Origin: Candidatus Saccharimonadia bacterium
Lineage (GTDB): Bacteria > Patescibacteriota > Saccharimonadia > CAILAD01 > CAZGYV01
Direction: 5' to 3'
DNA: 63,140 nt
NCBI GenBank assembly: GCA_041906885.1
Contig: JAYRII010000006.1
Location: 1 to 63,140, forward strand
This document shows, piece by piece, positions 36,253-45,612 of this stretch (the first letter of the stretch is position 1; each line of letters starts with the position of its first letter). A program made the position numbers and the translations under genes. The notes under the pieces are model-generated. The model saw only the letters and a program-made list of their open reading frames with translations. It was not told the DNA's origin and searched no databases.

Positions 36253-37443
36253 TTACTTAACATTAAACCTAAAAACAATCACATCACCGTCACGCACGAT
36301 GTAGTCGCGGCCTTCGAGGCGAACTTTGCCGGCCTCTTTGGCGCCAACCCAGCCGTTACTGCTTACAAAATCGTCATACGATACTACTTCAGCTTTAATA
36401 AAGCCCTTCTCAAAATCTCCATGAATGACGCCGGCCGCTTCGGGTGCGGTAGCGCCGATTGGCACGGTCCAGGCGCGAGATTCCTTTTCGCCGCTGGTGA
36501 AATAAGTCTGCAAGCCGAGCGTTTGATAGCCTAGGCGGATCAGGCTCTGCAGGCCCGATTCTTCTTGCCCGAGCTCGGCCAAAAGCTCGCGTCTGTCCGC
36601 CTCGCTCAAATCCATCAGTTGCTCTTCTGTCTTGGCAGATAAAAATATGGTTGGCAATCCTGGTACGAGTTCGGCTAATTGCTTCTTGTAAGCTTCGTCT
36701 GAGAGCTTAGCTTCGGCGATATTGAAAACATAGATAAATGGTTTGGCAGTGAGGAGCTGGAGAACTTTTATACTGTCTGAAATTTCTGGTATGTCATGCC
36801 GAACTTGTTTCGGTATCTCGATTTTTAAGTTTGTAGATCCTGAAACGAGTTCAGGATGACCATTTTTGTTGGGATGACCGTTATTTCTATTGGGCTGGCT
36901 GTAATGTTGGCTGACCAGTTCGCCTCGGTCTAAAAATTCTTTTATTTTTGCTAGCTCGGCAACTGTGGCGCTAGCTTTAGGGTTCGCCTTGCGTTCTTTT
37001 TCAAGCTTGTTTAAGCGATTTTCAACCGTAGCTAGATCTGCTAAACAGAGCTCAGTACGAATCGTCTCGATATCGCGCGCTGGGTCGATCGCATCATCGA
37101 CATGGACGACGTTATCATCCTCAAAGGCCCGTACGACTTGCACGATTGCAGCGCACTCACGGATGTGAGCGAGAAATTTATTGCCCAAGCCAGCTCCCTC
37201 AGACGCACCACGCACAATGCCGGCGATGTCAGTAAAGCTAACCGCTGCTGGGATAACTTTGGCACTTTTTGAAATATCAGCTAGTCTGGCGAGTCGCGCG
37301 TCTGGTACTTCAACCACGCCGACATTTGGCTCGATCGTGGCAAAAGGGTAGTTAGCGGCTAAAACTTTATTGCGGGTGAGGGCATTAAAAAGCGTCGACT
37401 TGCCGACATTAGGCAAGCCAACGATGCCGATAGATAAACTCAT
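36253..37443 (-). CDS. ychF: ribosome-binding ATPase YchF carrying an in-frame repeat-element insertion
   Basis: 'GIVGLPNVGKSTLFNAL' G1 motif and a C-terminal TGS-like 'RAWTVPIGATAPEAAGVIHGDFEKGFIKAEV'. It is 396 aa, against roughly 363 for typical YchF. Confidence 0.93.
   Translation of the reverse strand: MSLSIGIVGLPNVGKSTLFNALTRNKVLAANYPFATIEPNVGVVEVPDARLARLADISKSAKVIPAAVSFTDIAGIVRGASEGAGLGNKFLAHIRECAAIVQVVRAFEDDNVVHVDDAIDPARDIETIRTELCLADLATVENRLNKLEKERKANPKASATVAELAKIKEFLDRGELVSQHYSQPNRNNGHPNKNGHPELVSGSTNLKIEIPKQVRHDIPEISDSIKVLQLLTAKPFIYVFNIAEAKLSDEAYKKQLAELVPGLPTIFLSAKTEEQLMDLSEADRRELLAELGQEESGLQSLIRLGYQTLGLQTYFTSGEKESRAWTVPIGATAPEAAGVIHGDFEKGFIKAEVVSYDDFVSSNGWVGAKEAGKVRLEGRDYIVRDGDVIVFRFNVK
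36793..36860. repeat. full-length 68-bp double-hairpin element inside the ychF coding sequence
   Basis: Plus strand reads GTCATGCCGAACTTGTTTCGGTATC-n18-GATCCTGAAACGAGTTCAGGATGAC. An extra half-site lies at 36872-36880. Confidence 0.8.
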
Positions 37444-37479
37444 GCAAGTTATTATATCAGATTAAGCCATAAATTCGTA

Positions 37480-37508
37480 TTGACATATCCATACAAAAAG
37501 CATACAAT
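37480..37508 (+). promoter_or_regulatory. promoter TTGACA-17-TACAAT, 6 nt before the ATG (leaderless or near-leaderless antitoxin mRNA)
   Basis: TTGACA at 37480-37485, TACAAT at 37503-37508, ATG at 37515. Confidence 0.65.
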
Positions 37509-37514
37509 ACTTGT

Positions 37515-37766
37515 ATGAGTAAAACTATCAATATATCATTACCGGAGGAGCTAGTTAAGAAAATTGACCAGCTGGCCAAGAGCGAGTATGCCAGTCGGAG
37601 CGATTTTATTCGTGAGACGCTAGTGCGCCGCATCAAAGGCCAGCGAATTGTTGATGAATGGGGTGACGTGCTTGGTGAGTGGAACGAAGGCGTTGATTTG
37701 CGTGATGAACATGGCCGAGGCATGCCAGCTAAGCAACTGCTTAAAGCCATAGAAGAAATAAATTAA
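37515..37766 (+). CDS. ribbon-helix-helix (CopG/Arc/MetJ-type) antitoxin
   Basis: 'INISLPEELVKKIDQLAKSEYASRSDFIRETL' RHH signature. Confidence 0.8.
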   Translation: MSKTINISLPEELVKKIDQLAKSEYASRSDFIRETLVRRIKGQRIVDEWGDVLGEWNEGVDLRDEHGRGMPAKQLLKAIEEIN

Positions 37767-37772
37767 AGCCAG

Positions 37773-38018
37773 ATGAGTGACAAGGCAAAGAAGTTTCTAG
37801 CTAAGCTTAGTACTAAGGAGTTGGCCAGAGTTCGCGCGATCCTGAGCAAGATTGCTAACGATGATCGAGCAGGTCTTGACGTAAAGTCACTTAAAGGGAG
37901 GCCGGGCTATATCCGAATTCGAGTTGATCGGGTGAGAATAATATGCCTAAAAGTCGGTGGTGAGTACGAAGTGTTGCACATCACCAATCGAAACGAGAAG
38001 ACCTATAGGGACATGTAA
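37773..38018 (+). CDS. RelE/ParE-family toxin
   Basis: 81 aa with 'LKGRPGYIRIRVDRVRIICLKVGGEYEVLHITNRNEKTY', matching the ParE/RelE core pattern. Lies 6 nt after the antitoxin gene. Confidence 0.7.
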   Translation: MSDKAKKFLAKLSTKELARVRAILSKIANDDRAGLDVKSLKGRPGYIRIRVDRVRIICLKVGGEYEVLHITNRNEKTYRDM

Positions 38019-38138
38019 TCTAGTAACAATTATTAAAGCTATTTTTTAAGGTGCGATTAACGGGTTGATTGTATTTTTGGTTTGCATGTCAGGCGGGTAT
38101 TGTCGTAATATAAGACAAAGTAAACATAACCTATTTAA

Positions 38139-41120
38139 ATGGCCCAAAAAGATAAGTCTAAAATCGAACCATCAGCAGCCACTAATACGCTCAGTGATTC
38201 TGAACGTGAAGGACTTGATGTAAAAAACAACGAGAGTAAGATCCGCCTGCAAGCCAAAGGTGTTTATTTTGGTATAGTTGTACTTATAGTGGTTTTTTTA
38301 GCAATTGGCATAACATGGCTAATTCGTGGTCCACTATTAGGGCTTTTTGAGTCATCTTCCGGTATTGTTGCTAGAGTCGGTAACAAGGTCGTTACTAAAG
38401 ACGACTATAATGCATTCGCACCTGCTTACACGAAGTTTGTTCAGTACGGTGACGGTAGCAAAATATCAGATGTGGAGGCCAAAAGGCAGGCATTGAACTT
38501 TTTAATCGATGAAAAAGCACTTGAAATTGAATCTGAAAAAACAGGGATTAAGGTTGATGAGGATGATGTTAATAAAGTATATCAAGGTACCGTGACGCAA
38601 CTTGGTGGTGAGGCTATCTATGCAGCCGGGGTGAAGAGTATGTATGGATGGACTCCGGAGCTAACCAAACGGACGATTCGTAAAAATTTACTTGAAAAAA
38701 AATTAGCTAGCAAGCTCATTGCCGGTCGCTATGTCTATGGCTCTTTTGTCCGTTGGGACTACGATGGAGATGGCATCCCTGCCGAGCAATTAGCTCAAGC
38801 TAAGGAGGGGGCTCGTAAGGCACTTGAGACCATTCAACCGCTCTATAATCGAGGTGCTAGCCAGGAAGAAATCAGTAAGGCAATGGTTAAATTACGTAAT
38901 GATAATCTACAATGGCGAGATAATGTAGTTGGAGTTAACAGTATCAATATTAGCATCAATGATGAAACTGCAAAAGAAATCTTTCATGAGCCACAAGATT
39001 GGCAATCGATTTCTAAGTTAAATAAAATAGGTCAGGATACCGGTGTGGTAGAATCGGCGGCAGGTTACTTTTTCATCTATCGCTTGACGCGTATAGACAA
39101 AGGTCGATACAACAGTTGGTCTGATTTTTATGAGCAGGCAGAGAAAAAGGCTAAAATCTACTCTTACGGTCAAACTGCAAAGTCGGTGGCTTTTGGACTG
39201 CTCAAGTCAACCATTGGTGAAGCGCGTGCCCAGTCGTTGATCTGTCGTGATTCTAAAAAGGGCAAATTATCTATAATACAGCGATTTCTGGGTGTTGGCA
39301 TAGCTGGAGCTGAAGGACCCATTAATTGTGGCAATCATTGGAGCCAGGTTTGGGGTACAGTATTGAGCGGTGCCACCTGGCTGCCTATTCCAAGTGCTAG
39401 GGTAGATTTTGCAGCCTCTGATCGCACACCAACATGTCGCCCGGTGCCATCGGAGGGTGAGACCGATTGGGAAGCGTTTGACTTCACAGTCTATACGAAC
39501 AGTGGAGGTACGTTTGTTGCTGGTCCAGAGCCGACTGGATCAAGTAGAAAGATAAGTTGCTGGACACGTTGGAATACAACCATTTCAGCAGCGGGGTATA
39601 AGTCAGCCAGTTGGAATGATTATTCTGTAGGACCAAATGGCAGTTCTCTTTGTCTGGATCGTAGCGATCCTGCTTGGACACCACCAAAATTCTTTGGTTC
39701 TTATCCAAATTTGAATACTGATGGCAATTGTCAGTTATTCTTGGAGCCAAACTTGCCACCACCACCTCCCGCTTATGGTAACGTGCAGTTTATATCAAAA
39801 CTAACAGATCCATACTATTCTAGTTCATCTTATTATGGGGATGAGTGTTTGATTGGTGGTTGGGCAGTTGATGGTTCTGCTCCTAAATCTTCTATACCAA
39901 TAGATATTTATTTTGATAGCGATAAAACTGCTGGAGCATCTGCAACAGTTAAGGTACCAGCTGCCGATAAACCATGGAAAGGAGTCCAAGGGGATCTTAG
40001 TAAGTATGGTATCGATCCGGGGCCGGATAATGGACCAGGTCATGGGTTCTTTATCAAAGTGCCTGATCATCTCAGAGACGGTAAATCGCACTTTGTTTAC
40101 GCCGGTGGCATTAGGCCGCTTGGTAATTGGTGGCTAAGTGGCTCACCGTTATCGTTTACTTGCATGCCGGAACCAAAATATTACCCTTGGCTGCAGTCTC
40201 TCAACGGTGATGTAGTAGCTGGTGGCAATATTACCGGCCAGAAAATTGGCGTGGCTGGTAGTCGGAGTGCGTCTGCGATAGACAAAGAAGCATCATATTT
40301 AGTGATTATTAGCGCAATCAGCAAGTCCGGTAATGATTTTTGCAGTACTAATGCCTACTCAATTGGTGATCTCGGCATTAATTGCAAAGCGAGCACCTAT
40401 GCTGTTAATAGCAAGTACATGGACTATGGCTCGGTCGCTAGTGGTGTCGAGCAGCTGTGGAATAAAAATGGTGCCGGTGCGGGCGGCATTTGTACGACTG
40501 GTATGAGCAAGTATTTGACGGGTAATTTGAGCTCATCCGGCGTTAATCTTAATCACCCCGGAGGCAATGATCTGTCCGGCGGCTGTGCCAATGGCAAGAT
40601 TTGGAAGGCAACCGGAGACTATCAGTTGGGTGACAAGACCTTTGATACTGGCCGAGCAACCTATTGGGTTGATGGTAATCTGGCCTTGACGGGCAATATT
40701 CTAGCTAGTCTTAAATCGAATTATGGCAATCCCAAAGACGTGCCAAGTCTCGGCATCATAGTCGATGGTGACATAACGATCGATCCGAATGTCACTGAGA
40801 TCGATGCGAGTTTATTTGCTACTGGCAAGATTTACACTTGTCACCCAGCTGGACTTACAACTAGCGGTACAGCCTATTACAGGACCAATGGCCCAATTTG
40901 CAAGAAAAGCCTCAGTGTCAATGGCTTGATGAGTGCAATTGGCGGGTTTACACTTGGCCGGACATACATCACTAATTTCTCGGGTGGTTCTGGTAGTCCA
41001 GCTGAGAAGTTGGTGGCAAGTGCTCAGGCAATGGCCTTCCCGCCACCAGGCTTTGGTGATGACTCCAGTGTCACAATTCAAAACTTTAAATACCTAGGTG
41101 AAGCTGCTCCTCGGTTCTAA
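38139..41120 (+). CDS. large membrane-anchored protein: N-terminal TM, SurA_N/PpiD-like chaperone region, and a C-terminal module of about 445 aa shared with the 42190 gene
   Basis: 993 aa with TM 'GIVVLIVVFLAIGITWLI' and 'ARVGNKVVTKDDYNAF...ALNFLIDEKALEIESEK'. The C-terminal module (39783-41120) is paralogous to 42818-44472. Confidence 0.7.
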   Translation: MAQKDKSKIEPSAATNTLSDSEREGLDVKNNESKIRLQAKGVYFGIVVLIVVFLAIGITWLIRGPLLGLFESSSGIVARVGNKVVTKDDYNAFAPAYTKFVQYGDGSKISDVEAKRQALNFLIDEKALEIESEKTGIKVDEDDVNKVYQGTVTQLGGEAIYAAGVKSMYGWTPELTKRTIRKNLLEKKLASKLIAGRYVYGSFVRWDYDGDGIPAEQLAQAKEGARKALETIQPLYNRGASQEEISKAMVKLRNDNLQWRDNVVGVNSINISINDETAKEIFHEPQDWQSISKLNKIGQDTGVVESAAGYFFIYRLTRIDKGRYNSWSDFYEQAEKKAKIYSYGQTAKSVAFGLLKSTIGEARAQSLICRDSKKGKLSIIQRFLGVGIAGAEGPINCGNHWSQVWGTVLSGATWLPIPSARVDFAASDRTPTCRPVPSEGETDWEAFDFTVYTNSGGTFVAGPEPTGSSRKISCWTRWNTTISAAGYKSASWNDYSVGPNGSSLCLDRSDPAWTPPKFFGSYPNLNTDGNCQLFLEPNLPPPPPAYGNVQFISKLTDPYYSSSSYYGDECLIGGWAVDGSAPKSSIPIDIYFDSDKTAGASATVKVPAADKPWKGVQGDLSKYGIDPGPDNGPGHGFFIKVPDHLRDGKSHFVYAGGIRPLGNWWLSGSPLSFTCMPEPKYYPWLQSLNGDVVAGGNITGQKIGVAGSRSASAIDKEASYLVIISAISKSGNDFCSTNAYSIGDLGINCKASTYAVNSKYMDYGSVASGVEQLWNKNGAGAGGICTTGMSKYLTGNLSSSGVNLNHPGGNDLSGGCANGKIWKATGDYQLGDKTFDTGRATYWVDGNLALTGNILASLKSNYGNPKDVPSLGIIVDGDITIDPNVTEIDASLFATGKIYTCHPAGLTTSGTAYYRTNGPICKKSLSVNGLMSAIGGFTLGRTYITNFSGGSGSPAEKLVASAQAMAFPPPGFGDDSSVTIQNFKYLGEAAPRF

Positions 41121-41195
41121 AATTCGATATCCTAGAGTTGTTCTGCACTCATTGCATTTGCTCTCGTGCTCTATTATCATAAGAACTAAGTAATT

Positions 41196-42197
41196 ATGGT
41201 AAATCTACCAGACAAGAGAGAGCAGAGGAAACTAGGCCTACATAAATCGCATGTCTTGGCTTGGGGGCTTGGTATTGTAGTGGTGTTGTTGACTGTTCTA
41301 GGTAGCTACTATTATCTACAAAATCAGAAGAGGCAAGAGAACGCCAAGTACGCCTTCGCGATCAATGAAAAAAAATATTCCAAATCAGAGCGCCAAAGTG
41401 TTTATATAAATTCAATCAGGAACAACCTGAGTACTGATGACTTTAATCGCAAATACTTAGAGCTAAAAAAACTGCAGTATGTCGCTGAAAAGAACAATAT
41501 TGTGATAAATAAAGATTTGCTAAATAAAAAAATGGCAGAAATTTACCCAGATAAGAAAGATAAAACTTTTGATCAACTAGATATTGTTCAGCAAAAATCA
41601 ATCTATGATAATGTTTTTATTTATGCAGCCTTTGCTAATACCAAAGGCCAATACGAAGGAACTATTTTTGTTTTCCCATTCGCTCGGCATATTACAGATT
41701 ATGAGGGTCATCTCAGTGCTAAAGTGGCAGACTCGAATAAGTTTGGGATTATTTCGGCTTATGATCCAGCCCAAGTTGAGGTTGATAAACGCTATGCCCA
41801 AGAAAGAGCAAAATATTATCATGATGGTCTCACTAATGGATCAATCAACGAGTCAGAGGCTTTAAAGGAGATAATGGCTGATAAAAAGCTTGCAAACGTA
41901 AACTCAACCAATGAAAGTACAGCATTTAAAAATGACGGTACTGTAAATTGGCAAGACATGATTAGGATCGAAGGCGCAATTGATTATATAAAGTCATTAA
42001 AAAGTCCAACTTTAAGTAGCATTCAAACCAGCAAGACAGATGTTGTTAACAACAGTCAGAAAAGCAATGTTGAAGCTCAATTCTATTTTGTCAAACTAAA
42101 TAAGGCACAACCCGCTAAAAATGGAGTAGATTTTACAACTCTGAAGAAACAAATTGACGAACAAATCAAACAACTCAAGGTGACTATCTATGAGTAA
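41196..42197 (+). CDS. membrane-anchored hypothetical protein, AT-rich (about 35% GC), SurA_N-like start
   Basis: 333 aa with one N-terminal TM segment. Its stop overlaps the start of the next gene. Confidence 0.6.
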   Translation: MVNLPDKREQRKLGLHKSHVLAWGLGIVVVLLTVLGSYYYLQNQKRQENAKYAFAINEKKYSKSERQSVYINSIRNNLSTDDFNRKYLELKKLQYVAEKNNIVINKDLLNKKMAEIYPDKKDKTFDQLDIVQQKSIYDNVFIYAAFANTKGQYEGTIFVFPFARHITDYEGHLSAKVADSNKFGIISAYDPAQVEVDKRYAQERAKYYHDGLTNGSINESEALKEIMADKKLANVNSTNESTAFKNDGTVNWQDMIRIEGAIDYIKSLKSPTLSSIQTSKTDVVNNSQKSNVEAQFYFVKLNKAQPAKNGVDFTTLKKQIDEQIKQLKVTIYE

Positions 42198-44472
42198 ACT
42201 TAGTATCGTGAAAAATATAATTACGAGACTAGGGTTAATTATAATTATAGTTGTCGCTTATCAAGCAGTGTTAATTTTCGTCGGTGCTCCTAAAGCTCAA
42301 GCAAGCCATGTTTGTGGTATTGAACCTGGTGGTGGTGATTCAAATGCAAAGATGGCTTATGGAGGGCTAGTTATTAACTTAGTGGTTCAGAGGTCTGATG
42401 GCTCTACATTTGAGGCCCTTGGCAATATAGGGATGCAATTTACTAGTGAGAATAATATGCCACCTGGGTTATGGGGGGCGGAGCTTGCACAGTATAAAAA
42501 ATTAGGGTTTGATCCTCATATGTCTGCTGGCACTATACCACAAACTGGAGGACATGATTTAAGTATGAAAAATTGCTGGTTTACTGGTGATGGCGCTGGT
42601 GTGGTATTAGGAAACGGGCATGATGATGAAGATTGGGTGATCGATTGTAATGCTAGCGTGCGTGGTGGAGATCCAGGGGGAGCTTGGTATACCGGTTATG
42701 GTATTCCTGATGGTGCTAAGGGCGGTGGTTGGTGGGATAATAAGATGATAAACGCTGCTAATGGCACAACAACTGTTTTTCAGCTTCGATATCATGAGCC
42801 GATACCCCCTAAAAACGGCTGGGCAGTATTTGTACCGAAGTTGACGGATTCATTTTTTAACAGCACACCTTACTATAATCAAGATTGTCTAATCGCTGGC
42901 TGGGCGGCCGATACCTATAGTGATCCATACAGAAGCATATTTCCGACCAGATCAGTCGCAATACGTATTTATTGGGACGGTGCGGGGTTGCCGGCAGCTT
43001 ATGTAGATATACCAGCCGCTAATCAGCCCTGGCCTGGCGTCCAACAAGTCATGTTGGATCCCCCTTATGGTGTGAATGTAGGAGGAGATAAAAGCCCTGG
43101 ACATGGCTTTATGGTGCAACCACCTGCTTATTTACAGGATGGTAATACACATATGGCTTATGTCTATGGTATCAGTCCGTATACTGGCGATTGGCAGCTA
43201 CAGGCCTCACCGGTATCATTTCGCTGTTCGGCTGCTCCAACCGAATACGATCCTTGGCTGCAGACTGGTAATGGTAGCGTCAATGCCTGGGGTAAGATAG
43301 TTGGGCAAAACTTTGGCGCTCCAAGCTTTGGCCAGCGACCCAATCAGTCCAATCCTACTGATCCAGTCGAATCAACCTATCTAGTAATGGCAGCCTTGCA
43401 GCGTGGAGATAAATCTAACACTAGTGCTCAAACTGGCAAGTTCTGCAGTAATAATCAATACATTCTTGGTGCTAATTCATCGGGCTGTAATATGTTTAAT
43501 CGCTACAAGTTTGACCTGACCGAGAGCTATGTGGCTGGTAATACATTTGGCTCGCCGCTAGGATATGTGATGCAAAATCCCGGCTCGACAGTTTCTAATC
43601 TACTCAATGGCACAAACGGCGAGATTGTTGATATGATGCACACCAAGCTAGGAGTTTGGCAAGCAGATGTCAGAAATTGTAGCCCTGGCTGGATTAGAGA
43701 GCTTAGGATGGATTCCGCTGGACTAAATGGTAATAATTTTGGTGGCAGTGGAACCGATACGCAGCTGTTTCGTCCTTCAACAATTACTGTACCTTCCATC
43801 TCAGATTATTATCCGACCTCTGGGGTTTATGGAGCTAATTTAAATTTATCAGGTGGACCTTACTGTTACTCATCAGTATTAGTTACTACGCCATCATCTA
43901 GTACGAATCGATTCGATATTGATCTGGGTACACGGACATTTGTGTCGGGCGGACGAGTGACATATTGGGTAAGACCTCAGGGTAGTGCCCCTGGTTCTTA
44001 CAATGGTAGAGATACTTATATCAAGTCAAATATAAATGTGAACTCCACTTCTAGCTACACGCATCCTAATCAAATTCCTCAGATCGCAATTGTTTCAAGT
44101 GGGGATATATATATTGACCCAGATGTCACTAATCTCGATGCCAGCTTATATTCGACAGGCAAGATCTTTACTTGCTACCGTCCAGAACCAACCACGCATA
44201 GTTCTGCGGCTGCCACTATATACTATAAAAACAATGGCCCAGCTTGCAAAAGACAACTCACCATTCGTGGTAGTGTGATGGCGCGCAGTGGCTTTGAATT
44301 TGGCCGGACATACTTTGCAAATCCCGGTACATTTTATAGTTCTGCCGAACAAATCTACATGACAGGTCAAGCCTTAGCCTTCCCACCACTTGGTTGGAAT
44401 AAGGATAATCTGACCAATAAGGAAAGCATGAACGTGCGTTACCTTGATAGTAATGAAGGACCTAGGTTCTAG
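42190..44472 (+). CDS. large secreted protein, paralog of the C-terminal module of the 38139 gene
   Basis: 760 aa with a signal peptide ending 'APKAQA|S'. Shared blocks include 'KLTD..F/Y', 'GWA.D', 'SPGHGF', 'DPWLQ', 'IDPDVTNLDASLYSTGKIFTC', 'NGPACK' and 'ALAFPP', and it ends in 'PRF'. Confidence 0.7.
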   Translation: MSKLSIVKNIITRLGLIIIIVVAYQAVLIFVGAPKAQASHVCGIEPGGGDSNAKMAYGGLVINLVVQRSDGSTFEALGNIGMQFTSENNMPPGLWGAELAQYKKLGFDPHMSAGTIPQTGGHDLSMKNCWFTGDGAGVVLGNGHDDEDWVIDCNASVRGGDPGGAWYTGYGIPDGAKGGGWWDNKMINAANGTTTVFQLRYHEPIPPKNGWAVFVPKLTDSFFNSTPYYNQDCLIAGWAADTYSDPYRSIFPTRSVAIRIYWDGAGLPAAYVDIPAANQPWPGVQQVMLDPPYGVNVGGDKSPGHGFMVQPPAYLQDGNTHMAYVYGISPYTGDWQLQASPVSFRCSAAPTEYDPWLQTGNGSVNAWGKIVGQNFGAPSFGQRPNQSNPTDPVESTYLVMAALQRGDKSNTSAQTGKFCSNNQYILGANSSGCNMFNRYKFDLTESYVAGNTFGSPLGYVMQNPGSTVSNLLNGTNGEIVDMMHTKLGVWQADVRNCSPGWIRELRMDSAGLNGNNFGGSGTDTQLFRPSTITVPSISDYYPTSGVYGANLNLSGGPYCYSSVLVTTPSSSTNRFDIDLGTRTFVSGGRVTYWVRPQGSAPGSYNGRDTYIKSNINVNSTSSYTHPNQIPQIAIVSSGDIYIDPDVTNLDASLYSTGKIFTCYRPEPTTHSSAAATIYYKNNGPACKRQLTIRGSVMARSGFEFGRTYFANPGTFYSSAEQIYMTGQALAFPPLGWNKDNLTNKESMNVRYLDSNEGPRF

Positions 44473-44570
44473 GAATATTTAATGAGTATCGATGGGAGAC
44501 GTGAGAAACTTGTGAAAAGCTCTAAAAATAACTTGTTCATTAGTATAATTGTTATGTATAATAAGCGGTA

Positions 44571-45611
44571 ATGGCATTATTTCAAGAAGATGATAATTTT
44601 TTTGGACTTGATCTGGGGGCCAGTAGTGTCAAGCTTGTCCAGCTTAAAGATATTCATGGCAAACCCAGCTTACTTACCTATGGCGACATTGAGGTACCGT
44701 TTGGTTTGCTGTCGAGTGACTCCCCAGTCGATCTAGACAAGCTTTCGGATATCATCCGGAAGTTATATAGTGATGCTAAGGTTTCTACCAAAAACGTCGT
44801 TGCAGCTTTGCCGGCTTCGTATGGTTATGCAGCTGTCATTACGACACCAAAACTATCGCACGACGAGCTTGCTAGCTCGATTAGATTCCAAGCTGATAAA
44901 TATATTCCGATGCCAATCGATCAGGTCAAGCTTGATTATAAAGTACTAGGGCCAAAAGGATCGGGCGAGACTAACGAGCAGGAAGTGCTTTTAGTCGCAG
45001 CGCCGACTTCACTAGCTAATAAATATCTCGGGATCATCCAAAAAGCTGGTCTCGAGCTGATGGCTCTTGAGGTGAATGCTATCTCTGAAGCGCGCGCACT
45101 GATGACAGCGCAGCCCACTACAGCAATCATTGTTGATATCGGCTCGATCGCGACTGATCTGGCGGTGGTCAATAACCAGGTACCGCGACTGATTCGCTCA
45201 CTCAATATCGGCTCGCGGTCGATTACTCGGGTGGTCGGGCAAAACCTTGGTTTGGCTCAGGATCAAGCTGAGCAGTTTGTCAAGAAATTTGGCATGTCGC
45301 AGGCTAAGCTAGAAGCCCAAGTCTATAAAGCGATTAAACCGATTGTTGATAACCTAGCTGATGAAATCAAAAAGTCAATTCAGTTTTTCCAGGAGCACAA
45401 CGCCATGAAAGTCGAAAAGATCATCCTGACTGGTGGTACGTCGGCATTGCTAGATTTACCACCGTACCTGGCTAATGCCACTGGTGTGACAGTTGAGATT
45501 GGCAACCCTTGGATCAATGTCAGCTATCCGCACGAGCTGGAGCCTAAACTAAGTTCGATATCATTGAATTACTCCGGCGCAGTTGGACTGGCCATGAGGG
45601 GGATGGGTTAA
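44571..45611 (+). CDS. pilM: type IV pilus assembly protein PilM (actin-like ATPase fold)
   Basis: 'FGLDLGASSVKLVQL' N-terminus and '...ILTGGTSALLDLPPYL', followed by pilN- and pilO-like genes. Confidence 0.85.
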   Translation: MALFQEDDNFFGLDLGASSVKLVQLKDIHGKPSLLTYGDIEVPFGLLSSDSPVDLDKLSDIIRKLYSDAKVSTKNVVAALPASYGYAAVITTPKLSHDELASSIRFQADKYIPMPIDQVKLDYKVLGPKGSGETNEQEVLLVAAPTSLANKYLGIIQKAGLELMALEVNAISEARALMTAQPTTAIIVDIGSIATDLAVVNNQVPRLIRSLNIGSRSITRVVGQNLGLAQDQAEQFVKKFGMSQAKLEAQVYKAIKPIVDNLADEIKKSIQFFQEHNAMKVEKIILTGGTSALLDLPPYLANATGVTVEIGNPWINVSYPHELEPKLSSISLNYSGAVGLAMRGMG

Positions 45612-45612
45612 G

